From the NCBI GenBank assembly GCA_041663045.1, contig JBAZRH010000001.1:212403-276402 (forward strand): a DNA stretch of 64,000 nucleotides, given 5' to 3'. Positions within the stretch are counted from its first letter, which is position 1; each line of letters starts with the position of its first letter. Below, piece after piece: positions 30,341 to 39,621 of this stretch. The notes under the pieces were generated by a model that had not been told where the DNA came from, did not search any database, and saw nothing but the letters and a program-made list of their open reading frames with translations. This DNA comes from Minisyncoccota bacterium. Lineage in GTDB: Bacteria > Patescibacteriota > Minisyncoccia > Phycocordibacterales > GWA1-40-21. Made by a program: the position numbers and the translations under genes.

Positions 30341-31058
30341 TTACAACAAAGTTCTGTCCGTTTATATCTTTAGCTTCATCCGAAGCAAGAAACACCGCCT
30401 TTTCTGCAATATTTTCTGGTTCAACAAGTTTATGATTTGGTCTTGAGGCTAATTTTTTGTCTAATTCTTCTTTAGGGGCCGTGAGCCAATACCCAGCATT
30501 TGCAGCACCTGGAGAGACCGAATTTGCCCTACCGAAAGGAGCCAGCAATTTTGCATAAGACTGGGTGATATTTATCACACCTGCTTTGGCTGCTGCGTAT
30601 GAGATAGCGTCCGGTTGACCACTTAATCCGTGTACCGAAGCAATGCTCACAATCACTCCACTTTTCTGCTTTTGGAATCGCTCTATAACATATTTTGAAA
30701 TATTCATCATTGATACGAGATTTTGTTGCAATGATTTTACCCAAATATCTGAAGTGCCATTCCATTCATCTCCATCTACATATCTACCGGCATTATTTAC
30801 AAGTACGTCAATTTTCCCAAATTCTTTTACAACTTTCTCGACGGTCGCTTTCGCATCTTTTTCATTAATCAAATCAGCTTGAACGGCGATTGCTTTTACT
30901 CCGAACTTTTTGGCTTTCTCTATAACACTTTCAGCTCCAGCTTTATTACTTTTATATGTAATAGCAATATCTGCACCATTTTGTGCAAACATTATGGCGG
31001 TAGCCTCTCCGATACCACTTGAACCGCCAGTTATGAGGATTGATTTTGAATTGGACAT
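30333..31058 (-). CDS. Short-chain dehydrogenase/reductase (SDR)
   Basis: 241 aa. TGGSSGIGEAT cofactor motif, NNAG, and a catalytic YxxxK (YAAAKAG). Overlaps the paralog C start by 8 nt. Confidence 0.85.
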   Translation of the reverse strand: MSNSKSILITGGSSGIGEATAIMFAQNGADIAITYKSNKAGAESVIEKAKKFGVKAIAVQADLINEKDAKATVEKVVKEFGKIDVLVNNAGRYVDGDEWNGTSDIWVKSLQQNLVSMMNISKYVIERFQKQKSGVIVSIASVHGLSGQPDAISYAAAKAGVINITQSYAKLLAPFGRANSVSPGAANAGYWLTAPKEELDKKLASRPNHKLVEPENIAEKAVFLASDEAKDINGQNFVVNE

Positions 31059-31059
31059 A

Positions 31060-31629
31060 TTATTGTTTAATAATTTCTTCCAATAATTCAGGAAAGGCGT
31101 CGGTTTTCATATTTCTAAAACAGAAATGTCCGTAATTTTTAAAGTCTCTGATTTTAATATTTTTTACTTTTTCTCTGATAATCTTTACACTATCCTGCAT
31201 TTCTTTTTCGTCATTAGTAGAATTGAATACGGTAATACCTCTCGTCTTGTTCACAAGATTTTCGTCTATATTGAAATCAAACATCTTGGTTTTTTCCATC
31301 CCGTTCGGATTAATCCACGGAGCGACCAATACAACTTTTCCAACCTTTATGTTGTTTTCACTTAGCCACCTGACTATAAATCCAGCTCCACAACTATGGC
31401 CTATAAGGTGAGTGTTCTCATCGATTTCAAAACGCTCAAATACCGAACACCATTTTTTATAATCCGGATTATATGGCTCTGGCATTTCTGGAGTTTGTGC
31501 AAGAATACCTTTTGCAATTAATTGTTTTTGAAGCCAAGGTAGCCAGTGCTTATTTGATTCAGATGAACCTTCTAAATCAAAATATTGCTCCTTAGATGGC
31601 ATACCATGAATGATAATTGCGGTTTTCAT
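31060..31629 (-). CDS. Alpha/beta hydrolase (RBBP9/YdeN-like serine hydrolase)
   Basis: 189 aa. GHSCG nucleophile elbow (IGHSCGAGF) and a C-terminal GHF. Confidence 0.65.
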   Translation of the reverse strand: MKTAIIIHGMPSKEQYFDLEGSSESNKHWLPWLQKQLIAKGILAQTPEMPEPYNPDYKKWCSVFERFEIDENTHLIGHSCGAGFIVRWLSENNIKVGKVVLVAPWINPNGMEKTKMFDFNIDENLVNKTRGITVFNSTNDEKEMQDSVKIIREKVKNIKIRDFKNYGHFCFRNMKTDAFPELLEEIIKQ

Positions 31630-31631
31630 GA

Positions 31632-31958
31632 TTATCTTTTATCGATTATTTTGTATGAGAAATAAAAAGTAACTAGCAACAAGACAGCAAAAATCAACAA
31701 CACTAATATTTTTTGTCCTAAATTTTGATATGCAGTGTAAACATTTAATACAAACTGCATAACAGCAACCATAATCTGAACTAATGCAAAAAATCCGAGA
31801 ATTTTAGAAAAGATTGTCGTTGTCTTATCGAATTGTTCAAATCTCCTTCTTGTTAACTCTTCGGATGCCAAAGAAGCCAAGTTTGCATCGGTCTCATTAA
31901 TCCAATATTTTAATTGCTTTTCCGTTGCATCCTCTAGTCTTGGTGAAAAATTCGACAT
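31632..31958 (-). CDS. Hypothetical small membrane protein
   Basis: 108 aa with two C-terminal TM helices. Confidence 0.4.
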   Translation of the reverse strand: MSNFSPRLEDATEKQLKYWINETDANLASLASEELTRRRFEQFDKTTTIFSKILGFFALVQIMVAVMQFVLNVYTAYQNLGQKILVLLIFAVLLLVTFYFSYKIIDKR

Positions 31959-32038
31959 AATTTTGATTATTTATAATTATATGCGTCCTGTCTTAGATTT
32001 TCGCTTGATTTAAGCATATCATATCGACGCGACTGGAG

Positions 32039-33319
32039 CTATAAAAGATTACAATTACTGAGATTAACAAAATCAAATCCTTCTTCTATAATTCCACTAA
32101 AATTGATTCGGGCTTTTGCACCCTTTATAATAATTAATTCATTAAATTGTGGATTAAATGTACAAAGAAGAAAGACTTTACTTTCTATATCTTTACTTAT
32201 AAAAACACGGTAGCCAGAGTTCGTTTCGTAAGGTTCCTTAATATCAAAAATATAACCGGTATCGTAGACCTCTGTTCCAGATATTGAATTAATAAAGTTC
32301 GACTTTTCTAAAGATGTAGAAAATTGCCTCAGTTTTCCTACTAAATCAAAGGCTGATTGTTTAGTAGAGGTTGAATTAGGATAAATTCGATTTTCTATAT
32401 TTTGATTGTCAGTGGATATATCTTTATTGATTTCTAAACTTGATATTTTATAGTTCACAGGACCAAGGGAGATACTATCTGGTTTGATTCCAAATATAAG
32501 ATATAAAAGAAAAAGTATTATAGGAATAACTATCATCATAAAGATTCCTTTATCTCTTGAAAAATGAAAAATAAATTTATTGTTTTTATCGACATTTACT
32601 TTAGATATTTTATCTGCAACGGCTTTATTATCTTCTTTCTCTCTTACTTTGACTTCTTTATTCGTTGATAATAAGACGCAATGATCCAGGCACACAAGAC
32701 TGTCAGTCACATTACGTATTTCGCCTTCAGTGGTTATGGTATCTCCAATTATTAATAAAGATACTTCTGGTATAGCTGGTAAATCAAAATTCAAGGCAAT
32801 ATTAACGTTATCATGATCTTTTATATAAAAAGAAACGTAATCACTCATAACTGAATCTCCAGAAATTATTTTCCCTGTGACTTTTATGTGGTGTCCACTG
32901 AAACTTGTCTTTAAAACATTTTTTTTCAATGCAAGAGGGGTAATCTTGATTAAATCAGTCATACGTTTTGGAGAAAAATCTCTTACAAACACTCCTTTTA
33001 TTGTTCCTTCTAATGTATTTTCTTTCAAATAATCTTCAAATAATACAAGGAACGGTTCGAAGTAGTCCCAAGCACTAACCCCTGTTGATGTTCTATAACT
33101 AGTAGCGAAATCATGTTGATCTACATGTACAGAGACGTGGTTATATTTCTTATCAAATTTTCTAAGTTTTAGAATCCAATTCTCACTTTTATAAGTATTT
33201 CTACTTACAAAATTAAGTATCTTGTTGGTCAGACCCATTAATTCATCAAAAGTCAGTAAGCCATCTTTGATTGCTTGCTTCTTACTATTAATTTCTTCGA
33301 TTAATTCATTGTTATTCAT
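32039..33319 (-). CDS. Hypothetical protein with a single internal TM helix
   Basis: 426 aa. Cytoplasmic N-domain of about 235 aa, TM segment FMMIVIPIILFLLYLIFGI, and a C-domain of about 170 aa. No recognisable motifs. Confidence 0.5.
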   Translation of the reverse strand: MNNNELIEEINSKKQAIKDGLLTFDELMGLTNKILNFVSRNTYKSENWILKLRKFDKKYNHVSVHVDQHDFATSYRTSTGVSAWDYFEPFLVLFEDYLKENTLEGTIKGVFVRDFSPKRMTDLIKITPLALKKNVLKTSFSGHHIKVTGKIISGDSVMSDYVSFYIKDHDNVNIALNFDLPAIPEVSLLIIGDTITTEGEIRNVTDSLVCLDHCVLLSTNKEVKVREKEDNKAVADKISKVNVDKNNKFIFHFSRDKGIFMMIVIPIILFLLYLIFGIKPDSISLGPVNYKISSLEINKDISTDNQNIENRIYPNSTSTKQSAFDLVGKLRQFSTSLEKSNFINSISGTEVYDTGYIFDIKEPYETNSGYRVFISKDIESKVFLLCTFNPQFNELIIIKGAKARINFSGIIEEGFDFVNLSNCNLL

Positions 33320-33423
33320 AAATTTTTACGCGACTCGAGCTGGAACTGTTGTCGGTTAAGCCCTGTAAGGCTTTTCTACTATTTCCATCCTAACATTTTG
33401 ACCATACTCAGACAGTATATAAA

Positions 33424-34218
33424 TTACTTGTTTCTATCTATCATGCGCAACTGTGCAACCAAAGTGTCTAAAAACCACAAAGCATCACGTTCTGTGGGAG
33501 TCGCGGAGTTTCCGGCATGACGAGCACCCGATGCATCTGAGGCAAATTGGTTAAGAGCTTCAAGTACTTTTTTCTGTTCCTTATGTATTTTATCTTGCTT
33601 TTCGAACTCCTTTATTGCATCACCAAATCTTGAAGCACCTGAATTTGCTTTCATATATCCTTCTGCAGCAACAAAAATATCTTTTACAATATCTTCCGGT
33701 TTCGATTTTCGTCCCATCAGATTTCCGACAGCTTGAAAAAATCTATCACAAAATTCTGGGTATGGAGCTAGGATAGATTTAGTAGAGTCAATTTTTTCTG
33801 CGCTGTCTTTATCAACAATAAGCACAACTCGCCCCTCTTTGTTAATTTCATATACAGAACCGGAAAGATTAAAAGCTTTGTAAGTTTCAACAATGACTTG
33901 AGGTCGTCTTGTGTAATATAACTCCTTGCTTAAATCTAAGAATATTTCTACAACAGTAAAGACTTCGTGAAATTTGCCTGTCTGAATAATATCAAGGGGA
34001 TTTTTGTTAGGAAATTCCTGATGAGTTTTGTATGTGAAATCATCCGGTTCTATTGACCACTGGTTATCATTACCGAGAGATACATTTCCGCCCACGAATT
34101 TTTCGACGATAACTAACAAACGATCACGAAGAGACTTGGAAACGTCTTCGTGTCCAGAGTATTCAACGACATATTCATTTCTTCTTGAGAAATAGGCCAT
34201 GTTAATTAGATTATTCAA
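33424..34218 (-). CDS. Hypothetical protein (possible stand-alone defence/Abi-like protein; unassigned)
   Basis: 264 aa, soluble, no recognisable catalytic motif. C-terminal SGARHAGNSATPTERDALWFLDTLV. Confidence 0.45.
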   Translation of the reverse strand: MNNLINMAYFSRRNEYVVEYSGHEDVSKSLRDRLLVIVEKFVGGNVSLGNDNQWSIEPDDFTYKTHQEFPNKNPLDIIQTGKFHEVFTVVEIFLDLSKELYYTRRPQVIVETYKAFNLSGSVYEINKEGRVVLIVDKDSAEKIDSTKSILAPYPEFCDRFFQAVGNLMGRKSKPEDIVKDIFVAAEGYMKANSGASRFGDAIKEFEKQDKIHKEQKKVLEALNQFASDASGARHAGNSATPTERDALWFLDTLVAQLRMIDRNK

Positions 34219-34449
34219 AACTATTCGGATTCCGATCTATGCTCTTGTTGGTTGAGGAACAGGGAATCTCTCCTTCGCCTCTCAGTTCGCCGTCGCTCAT
34301 TTCGGGCTGGGCACCAGCTCACGACTTCGCCTGCTGGCTCAGTATCGTTCCGCTGTTCTCGTCCCTGACGCAAGAGAAGTAGTTCTCTTGCTTCCCCCAG
34401 CAAAGCATTAATCTGAGGAAAGCTCCGCTTACTATTTAAATCTGCTTTG

Positions 34450-34520
34450 CTGGGGGACAGGGACTCGAACCCCGATACTCAGGACCAAAACCTGATGTCC
34501 TACCATTAGACGATCCCCCA
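34450..34520 (-). tRNA. tRNA-Gln (anticodon UUG)
   Basis: The minus strand reads TGGGGGATCGTCTAATGGTAGGACATCAGGTTTTGGTCCTGAGTATCGGGGTTCGAGTCCCTGTCCCCCAG. 7-bp acceptor stem, anticodon loop tTTTGGt, T-loop GTTCGAGTC. No encoded CCA. Confidence 0.85.
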
Positions 34521-34665
34521 ATATTCAATTAGCTTGTAGAAAGTAGCTTTTTAGCTTCTTAGAACAAACTTATAGACTAGAATACTTCAAAAATGGACTT
34601 TTTTCAAGTCAAAAGTTATGAGAATGGATTCCACTCTTCAGTGGAATGACAGAGAATATGAAATT

Positions 34666-34705
34666 CAAGGAGAGACCTTTTTATAGATTTAAGGTCTCAC
34701 CTTGA
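34666..34705. repeat. Hairpin repeat sharing motifs with the tgt in-frame element
   Basis: tcaaggagagacctttt-tatagattt-aaggtctcaccttga: a 15-bp stem with one mismatch. Its 17-mer and 13-mer are identical to 6003-6019 and 5970-5982. Confidence 0.65.
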
Positions 34706-34711
34706 TTTCAA

Positions 34712-35764
34712 TTACCCTGTCAATTTTGCCAAAGCAAGCTCCAAAGGTAATTCCGGAATATACGCTTTTGCTGTCATATCATAATATCCGAGAAGGGCGA
34801 GTAAGGTGTCAGAATTGATTTTTGATGGTTTTCTTCCAGCCCGTCCGTCAGGATTAGGGTCGGCGAGAGATTTGAGGAATTTGAAATCGGTGTCGGTCAT
34901 TTCATCTTGTAGCTTCCATTCCGAGCCTTTCAGGTTTCGCAAGAGCAAAATAGAACGCATTTTGTGAAGGACAAGTTTGAAATACAAAAGCATATCTATA
35001 TTTGATTCTCTGGCCTTTGAAATCGCCGAAAGACCAAGCTCAAGATCGCCAGCATCTATGGCACGGATAAAATCATTGACCACCTCCGCTTTTGGCGCAC
35101 CTGTCACAAGCTCCACCTCTTCAGCAGAAATCTTTTTGTCTTTTGAAGCACTTATCACCTTTTGCAAAATACTTTGTGCGTCACGGAAAGAGCCGTCGCC
35201 AAGAAGAGCGATAAGGTCGGCAGATGAGGATTCTAGCGTATAGCCCTCCTTTTTTGCCATTACTACCACCAAATCTTTGAGAATCTTTTGCGTCGGTTTT
35301 TTAAATGAAAATGTCTGGCATCGGGAAATGATAGTCTCCGGAATTTTTTGATATTCTGTCGTGGCGAAAATAAAAATAACATGCTTTGGTGGCTCCTCGA
35401 TAGTCTTCAAAAGTGCATTCCAAGCGGACTTTGAAAGCATATGTGCCTCGTCTAAAATATAAACTTTATATTTTGATTCAAAAGGAAGTGTGTTTACAGA
35501 TTCATTGAGCGCACGGATATCATCTACGCCAGTATTTGAAGCAGCATCTATTTCTGTAATATCATTTGTGCTCGTGCCGATTTCTCTAGCAAAAATCCTT
35601 GCAACGCTTGTCTTGCCCGTCCCCCTTGAACCGGAAAAAATGTAGGCGTGGGCAATATGCCCAAGCTTGATAGAAGATTCCAAAACCTTCACAATATGAT
35701 CCTGCCCTAGGACCTCGCTAAATTTCTGCGGACGATATTTTCTGTATAAAGCTGTTTCGTGCAT
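34712..35764 (-). CDS. dnaX: DNA polymerase III subunit gamma/tau (short form)
   Basis: YRKYRPQKFSEVLGQDHI, GSRGTGKTS Walker A, DEAHML Walker B, and a SRC-like motif. Start chosen at MHETALYRKYRP; the ORF continues to 35815. Confidence 0.85.
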   Translation of the reverse strand: MHETALYRKYRPQKFSEVLGQDHIVKVLESSIKLGHIAHAYIFSGSRGTGKTSVARIFAREIGTSTNDITEIDAASNTGVDDIRALNESVNTLPFESKYKVYILDEAHMLSKSAWNALLKTIEEPPKHVIFIFATTEYQKIPETIISRCQTFSFKKPTQKILKDLVVVMAKKEGYTLESSSADLIALLGDGSFRDAQSILQKVISASKDKKISAEEVELVTGAPKAEVVNDFIRAIDAGDLELGLSAISKARESNIDMLLYFKLVLHKMRSILLLRNLKGSEWKLQDEMTDTDFKFLKSLADPNPDGRAGRKPSKINSDTLLALLGYYDMTAKAYIPELPLELALAKLTG

Positions 35765-35815
35765 AGGGAGATTATAACAGATTATTTTAATAATAAAAAA
35801 GGGAGAGAAGATCAC

Positions 35816-37759
35816 ATGGACCTACCCTCCCTTACATGGTGACAACAAACCTGCTGTCTTAGGAGAAAGATTTACCGTGCCCTCTCCTCATGGACACTTT
35901 ATTACGGCAGCAATGTCACACGAACGGCTAAGTTCATATGATTCCTCCCTTCACTCAGTCTCGCCGGTTTGATCACGCCGTGAGCGAGGCGCGCGCATAG
36001 TCGGGGTTATGGTCGATACCAGACACCGGACCAGCACGAGGGGCCATATGTGTTTTCATTTTACTGTCCTTTCTTGACCTTTTGGGTCGGACCGAATCCA
36101 TTTCCGTGGCATCCACGGCTATGAATTATGCCATATCAGAATAGTCCTTTCATTAGACTAAGTCAATTAATTTATGTTTATAAAATAAAAATCCACCCCA
36201 GCACTTGCCAGGGCGGATCGCATAGATCGCGCCGTCATTTCTATTCGGCCTAACGATCACTGCTATCGCCGAGCCTGTATTCAAACGGCCCAGCTATCGG
36301 ACTGTAATGAATCTTCATACGAGAGCCTCCTTCTGTGTGATTCACCATCATCCATCCAACACCAAAAGAACAGAGCGAATTCAATTGTATAATTAAAATA
36401 CCGCTTAATCAAAAACAAAAAGTGGATAATTAAAAAGGAGGCGTCCAGTGTTGTGCAAGTATCAGTTGCAGCATACACATAAACGCCCCTCAAGGACGAG
36501 CACATCTTATTTCGCCAACCCTCATCCGGCTGCATCAGCGAAACCAGGTGATTTTATTGTTCTTCCCAATCATCATTCACCATAATGATTGGGTATAGAG
36601 ACGAGGTCTCTAACAAGCAGGCTCATCTCGGGCCGCAGACTTGTTCAAACGAGGAGACGCAACACAACCATAAAGAACCTCCTAAGACACGTTACTCCAT
36701 CTCAGACCACCAATGCCAAGCACTAGTTATCAAATCTGAGAAGGTGAAGATCTCACGTTTCGCTCCAGATATATTTCACCCTGGAACTCTCGAGAGACCA
36801 GTACATCCGCTGATTCACAAACTTGCGCAAACGATTTACGTAAGGTAGCGAATCTGTCCGTAAACAACCCGCGCAAACCGCGAATCAGTTACTTACGAGT
36901 ACCTCCGTTCCAACCATTTCCTTAGAGTTACCGCTCCAAAGAATGATTTACCCGTCCCAAGTGTGAATTAAACATCGGCTATTCGCCTGACGAGTTTCAT
37001 ACCGAGACGAGATAGTAAAGATTCTATTCCTATCGAAGGGATGCGTCAATAGGCAATATATTTGAAAAGTTTATAAAAATTCTTGAAAATAAGAAAACCG
37101 CCCAACTACTACCACTTGTAGTCGGACGGTCAAGACTGCGTAAACAATTATTTTTTTCAAGAAAGACCAAACTCTAAAGCTGTGGTGAACTTCAGAGCAC
37201 GCCCACACCTCGGAAGTTTGAAGCCGAGGTGTGTTTTTGATTAAAGGCGCATTTTTTTCTTTTTTTCGCATCCACTAACCCAAAACGTTTTCTGAATTAA
37301 CATACTTACGATTTGGGTACCAAGTCTTTATTCTCCTTTCCTAATTCCTGTGATTCAGTAGGCCGCGGCCGATGTTCGGCTACAGCATGCTGGAGGCGCC
37401 GATGGCGATTTTTGATAATTTTTGACTATGACGACTCGCCAACCGCGGAGGACTTGTCGTATGCATGTTTTTGCCTTTCTCTTTTTTGACCGTTTTCAGG
37501 ATGGTCTTCCTTTTCTGTAGGGCGCCACATAGACGTCGCAGAAATTTATTTAAAGAACTAAATTGGTGGATTGCTAAGCACTAGTTTCAAGCGCAGGGTT
37601 TTTCCTATTCCTATGTTAGGTGTAGGTGAATGCCACAAGACACTCTTCCCTATACCGGCCTGAAGATTTCACCAAGCAACCCGAGGGTGAGTATAGCATA
37701 CCTAGCTTAAAAGTCAAGTGTTTTAGCCACTTTCTTTTTATATATGCAGAAATACGGCT
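35816..37759. other. ORF-poor region of about 1.9 kb with elevated GC and several terminator-like hairpins
   Basis: Only 60-90 aa ORFs with no recognisable products. GC is visibly above the flanking genes. Intrinsic-terminator-like hairpins at about 37215-37250 and 37408-37425. Confidence 0.5.
37215..37250 (+). terminator. Rho-independent terminator-like hairpin inside the ORF-poor region
   Basis: cacacctcgg-aagtttgaag-ccgaggtgtg followed by TTTTT. Confidence 0.6.
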
Positions 37760-38947
37760 CTATTTAGCCATATTATTAAATACCTTAATTATTTCAGCTA
37801 CTTCTTTTGAACTATTCGTTGCCATAAGTTTGACCCTCAACTCTTTTGCCCCATCAAAACCGGAAACATAGGCTTTGAAATGCTTTTTCATTACATCAAA
37901 TCGCTTGTGGTGAAGCATGGTTTTTTCAAAAAGTTTGGTGTGTTCTAAAAGCGCCTTTAATTTTTGTTCAACAGATATACCAGAATCATCCCGTACAATT
38001 TTAGGGGAATATCTGTTTGTCTTTAAATCAATATCACAGTGTCTTATTGTTTTCTTATTTTCAACTTTATCCTGTCGTGCAAATTTAACGGGACGCTCAA
38101 TTCGACTACCACGATAAGAATCGCGGGTCGAATTGGCGAATAACCACGGATTGCCGAAAATTCCCCTACCGATCATTATTCCATCAAAGCCAGATTCTCT
38201 GGCGAGTTCTCTTCCCTGCTTCAGGGAAATTACATCACCATTGCCTATCAATACCAGCTCCGGCTTTTGCTTCCGCACAAAATCCACAATCTCTTTTGCC
38301 AATTCCCAATGTGCAGGCACATCTGAAAGTTCTTTTCTTGTGCGGAGGTGTATTGTGAGAGCTGAAATATCTTCTTTCAGAATTTCAGTGAGCCACTCTT
38401 TGTATTCTATTTTATTAAAGCCGATTCTTGTCTTCACAGAAACTGGGATTTTGCCCGCACCTTTTATTGCTGAACGTATCACTTCCCTTGCAATCGCCGG
38501 ACTTTTCATCATTGCCGAGCCGGCACCCTGCTTTTCTACTTTTCTGTCTGGGCATCCCATATTTATATCAATGCCGTCAAAGCCGAGTTTGGAAATAAGC
38601 TTGCATGCGATTTCAATATTCTCAGGTTTGCTTCCAAAAATCTGTGCCACTATCGGTTTTTCGCCTTTCGAGAATTTCAAATCATTCAAAAGTCGCTTCC
38701 TACCTTTTTCTGAAGCAAGTCCGTCTGCCGAAACAAATTCAGTCCAAAAGACATCCGGCCCACCTGTGCCCGACACTCCGTGTTTAGGACGCCCAATACC
38801 GTGCTTGCTGTATTTTGCGATTATTTTCCTAAAGGGCGCATCTGTAACATCTGCCATCGGCGCCAAGCAGAAAAATGGTTTCTTTTTCGAAGCGATTTTT
38901 TGCCAAAAATTTTTCATTACTTCCGAGAATAACATTTTCGGTGTCAT
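37760..38947 (-). CDS. tRNA-dihydrouridine synthase (Dus family)
   Basis: 395 aa. FCLAPMADVTDAPFR N-terminus and a TIM-barrel FMN site (catalytic Cys in NMGCP). C-terminal helical extension. Confidence 0.85.
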   Translation of the reverse strand: MTPKMLFSEVMKNFWQKIASKKKPFFCLAPMADVTDAPFRKIIAKYSKHGIGRPKHGVSGTGGPDVFWTEFVSADGLASEKGRKRLLNDLKFSKGEKPIVAQIFGSKPENIEIACKLISKLGFDGIDINMGCPDRKVEKQGAGSAMMKSPAIAREVIRSAIKGAGKIPVSVKTRIGFNKIEYKEWLTEILKEDISALTIHLRTRKELSDVPAHWELAKEIVDFVRKQKPELVLIGNGDVISLKQGRELARESGFDGIMIGRGIFGNPWLFANSTRDSYRGSRIERPVKFARQDKVENKKTIRHCDIDLKTNRYSPKIVRDDSGISVEQKLKALLEHTKLFEKTMLHHKRFDVMKKHFKAYVSGFDGAKELRVKLMATNSSKEVAEIIKVFNNMAK

Positions 38948-39027
38948 TTGACAATTTTCGATAAAGTGATAAAAATATTGAGGATATGCTGAAACATAAA
39001 GTTTTGGCTATAAAAAAGGAGATAGAA

Positions 39028-39540
39028 ATGTTCTTCAAAAAACTGTCAGTGGTCGTTCTGTGGGGTATGCTCTTGGCGTTCCTTTTGCTTTGCGTCTTTG
39101 CCAACAACAATAAACAGGATTTGGCATGGATGCTCGCTGGTCTCATCGGCGTGTCTGGAGTTATTTTGCTCCTGTGCTACATGACATTCCTCTCTGGAAA
39201 GAAGACTCCATTTGAAGCAGCGGAGCTGATATGCGACAGGCCGTATGAAGTATTGGCGGTCTGGGAAAGCGGGCCAGGTACCTACTCTGCTTTATTCAGG
39301 ACGCTAGTCTTGATAGGCGAAGAATACGACCCAAGAAAACACTCGGCGATAATCGTGGAACTATACGATGTAAGACCAAGTCGAGGTTATGTGATTCCGT
39401 ATCTGACACCGGCTCACACTCTTTCCTTCAGGGCTTTTGATGGAAATGTCTCGCAATCAAAATCGGGATATAAAATCGCGGCTTTGGCGGAAGACAGTGC
39501 GCCATTTGTCACAGGGATGACTGTTGTCCCACAACCATAA
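39028..39540 (+). CDS. Hypothetical membrane protein
   Basis: Start chosen at ATG 39028, preceded by AAGGAG. Two N-terminal TM helices. Followed by a terminator. Confidence 0.5.
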   Translation: MFFKKLSVVVLWGMLLAFLLLCVFANNNKQDLAWMLAGLIGVSGVILLLCYMTFLSGKKTPFEAAELICDRPYEVLAVWESGPGTYSALFRTLVLIGEEYDPRKHSAIIVELYDVRPSRGYVIPYLTPAHTLSFRAFDGNVSQSKSGYKIAALAEDSAPFVTGMTVVPQP

Positions 39541-39556
39541 TGAAAGATGTTCTAGT

Positions 39557-39590
39557 GCGGCGCCGTATCCTCGGCGCCGCCTTTTTTTGA
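39557..39590 (+). terminator. Rho-independent terminator
   Basis: gcggcgccg-tatcctc-ggcgccgc followed by CTTTTTTT. Confidence 0.8.
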
Positions 39591-39621
39591 CCAAATTTCC
39601 AAAAAATGTTATTTTAATACT

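Noticed and set aside
34221-34403. 60-aa ORF (MLGEARELLLLRQGREQRNDTEPAGEVVSWCPARNERRRTERRRRDSLF...) in the ORF track
   Set aside because: It lies in the GC-rich segment directly downstream of tRNA-Gln. It is Arg-rich and low-complexity, and overlaps the inverted tRNA-end repeat. It is more likely non-coding or RNA than protein.
36940-37020. Hammerhead-ribozyme-like CUGACGAG core
   Set aside because: The flanking sequence does not form stems II/III or a GAAA junction. Judged a chance match.
35816-37759. Possible rRNA, RNase P, tmRNA or SRP RNA in the GC-rich ORF-poor block
   Set aside because: I looked for universal 16S/23S/5S primer-site motifs, the RNase P GGAAAGUCCGG/P4 core, the tmRNA tRNA-like 3' end, and the SRP GGAAGCAG motif. 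None was found.
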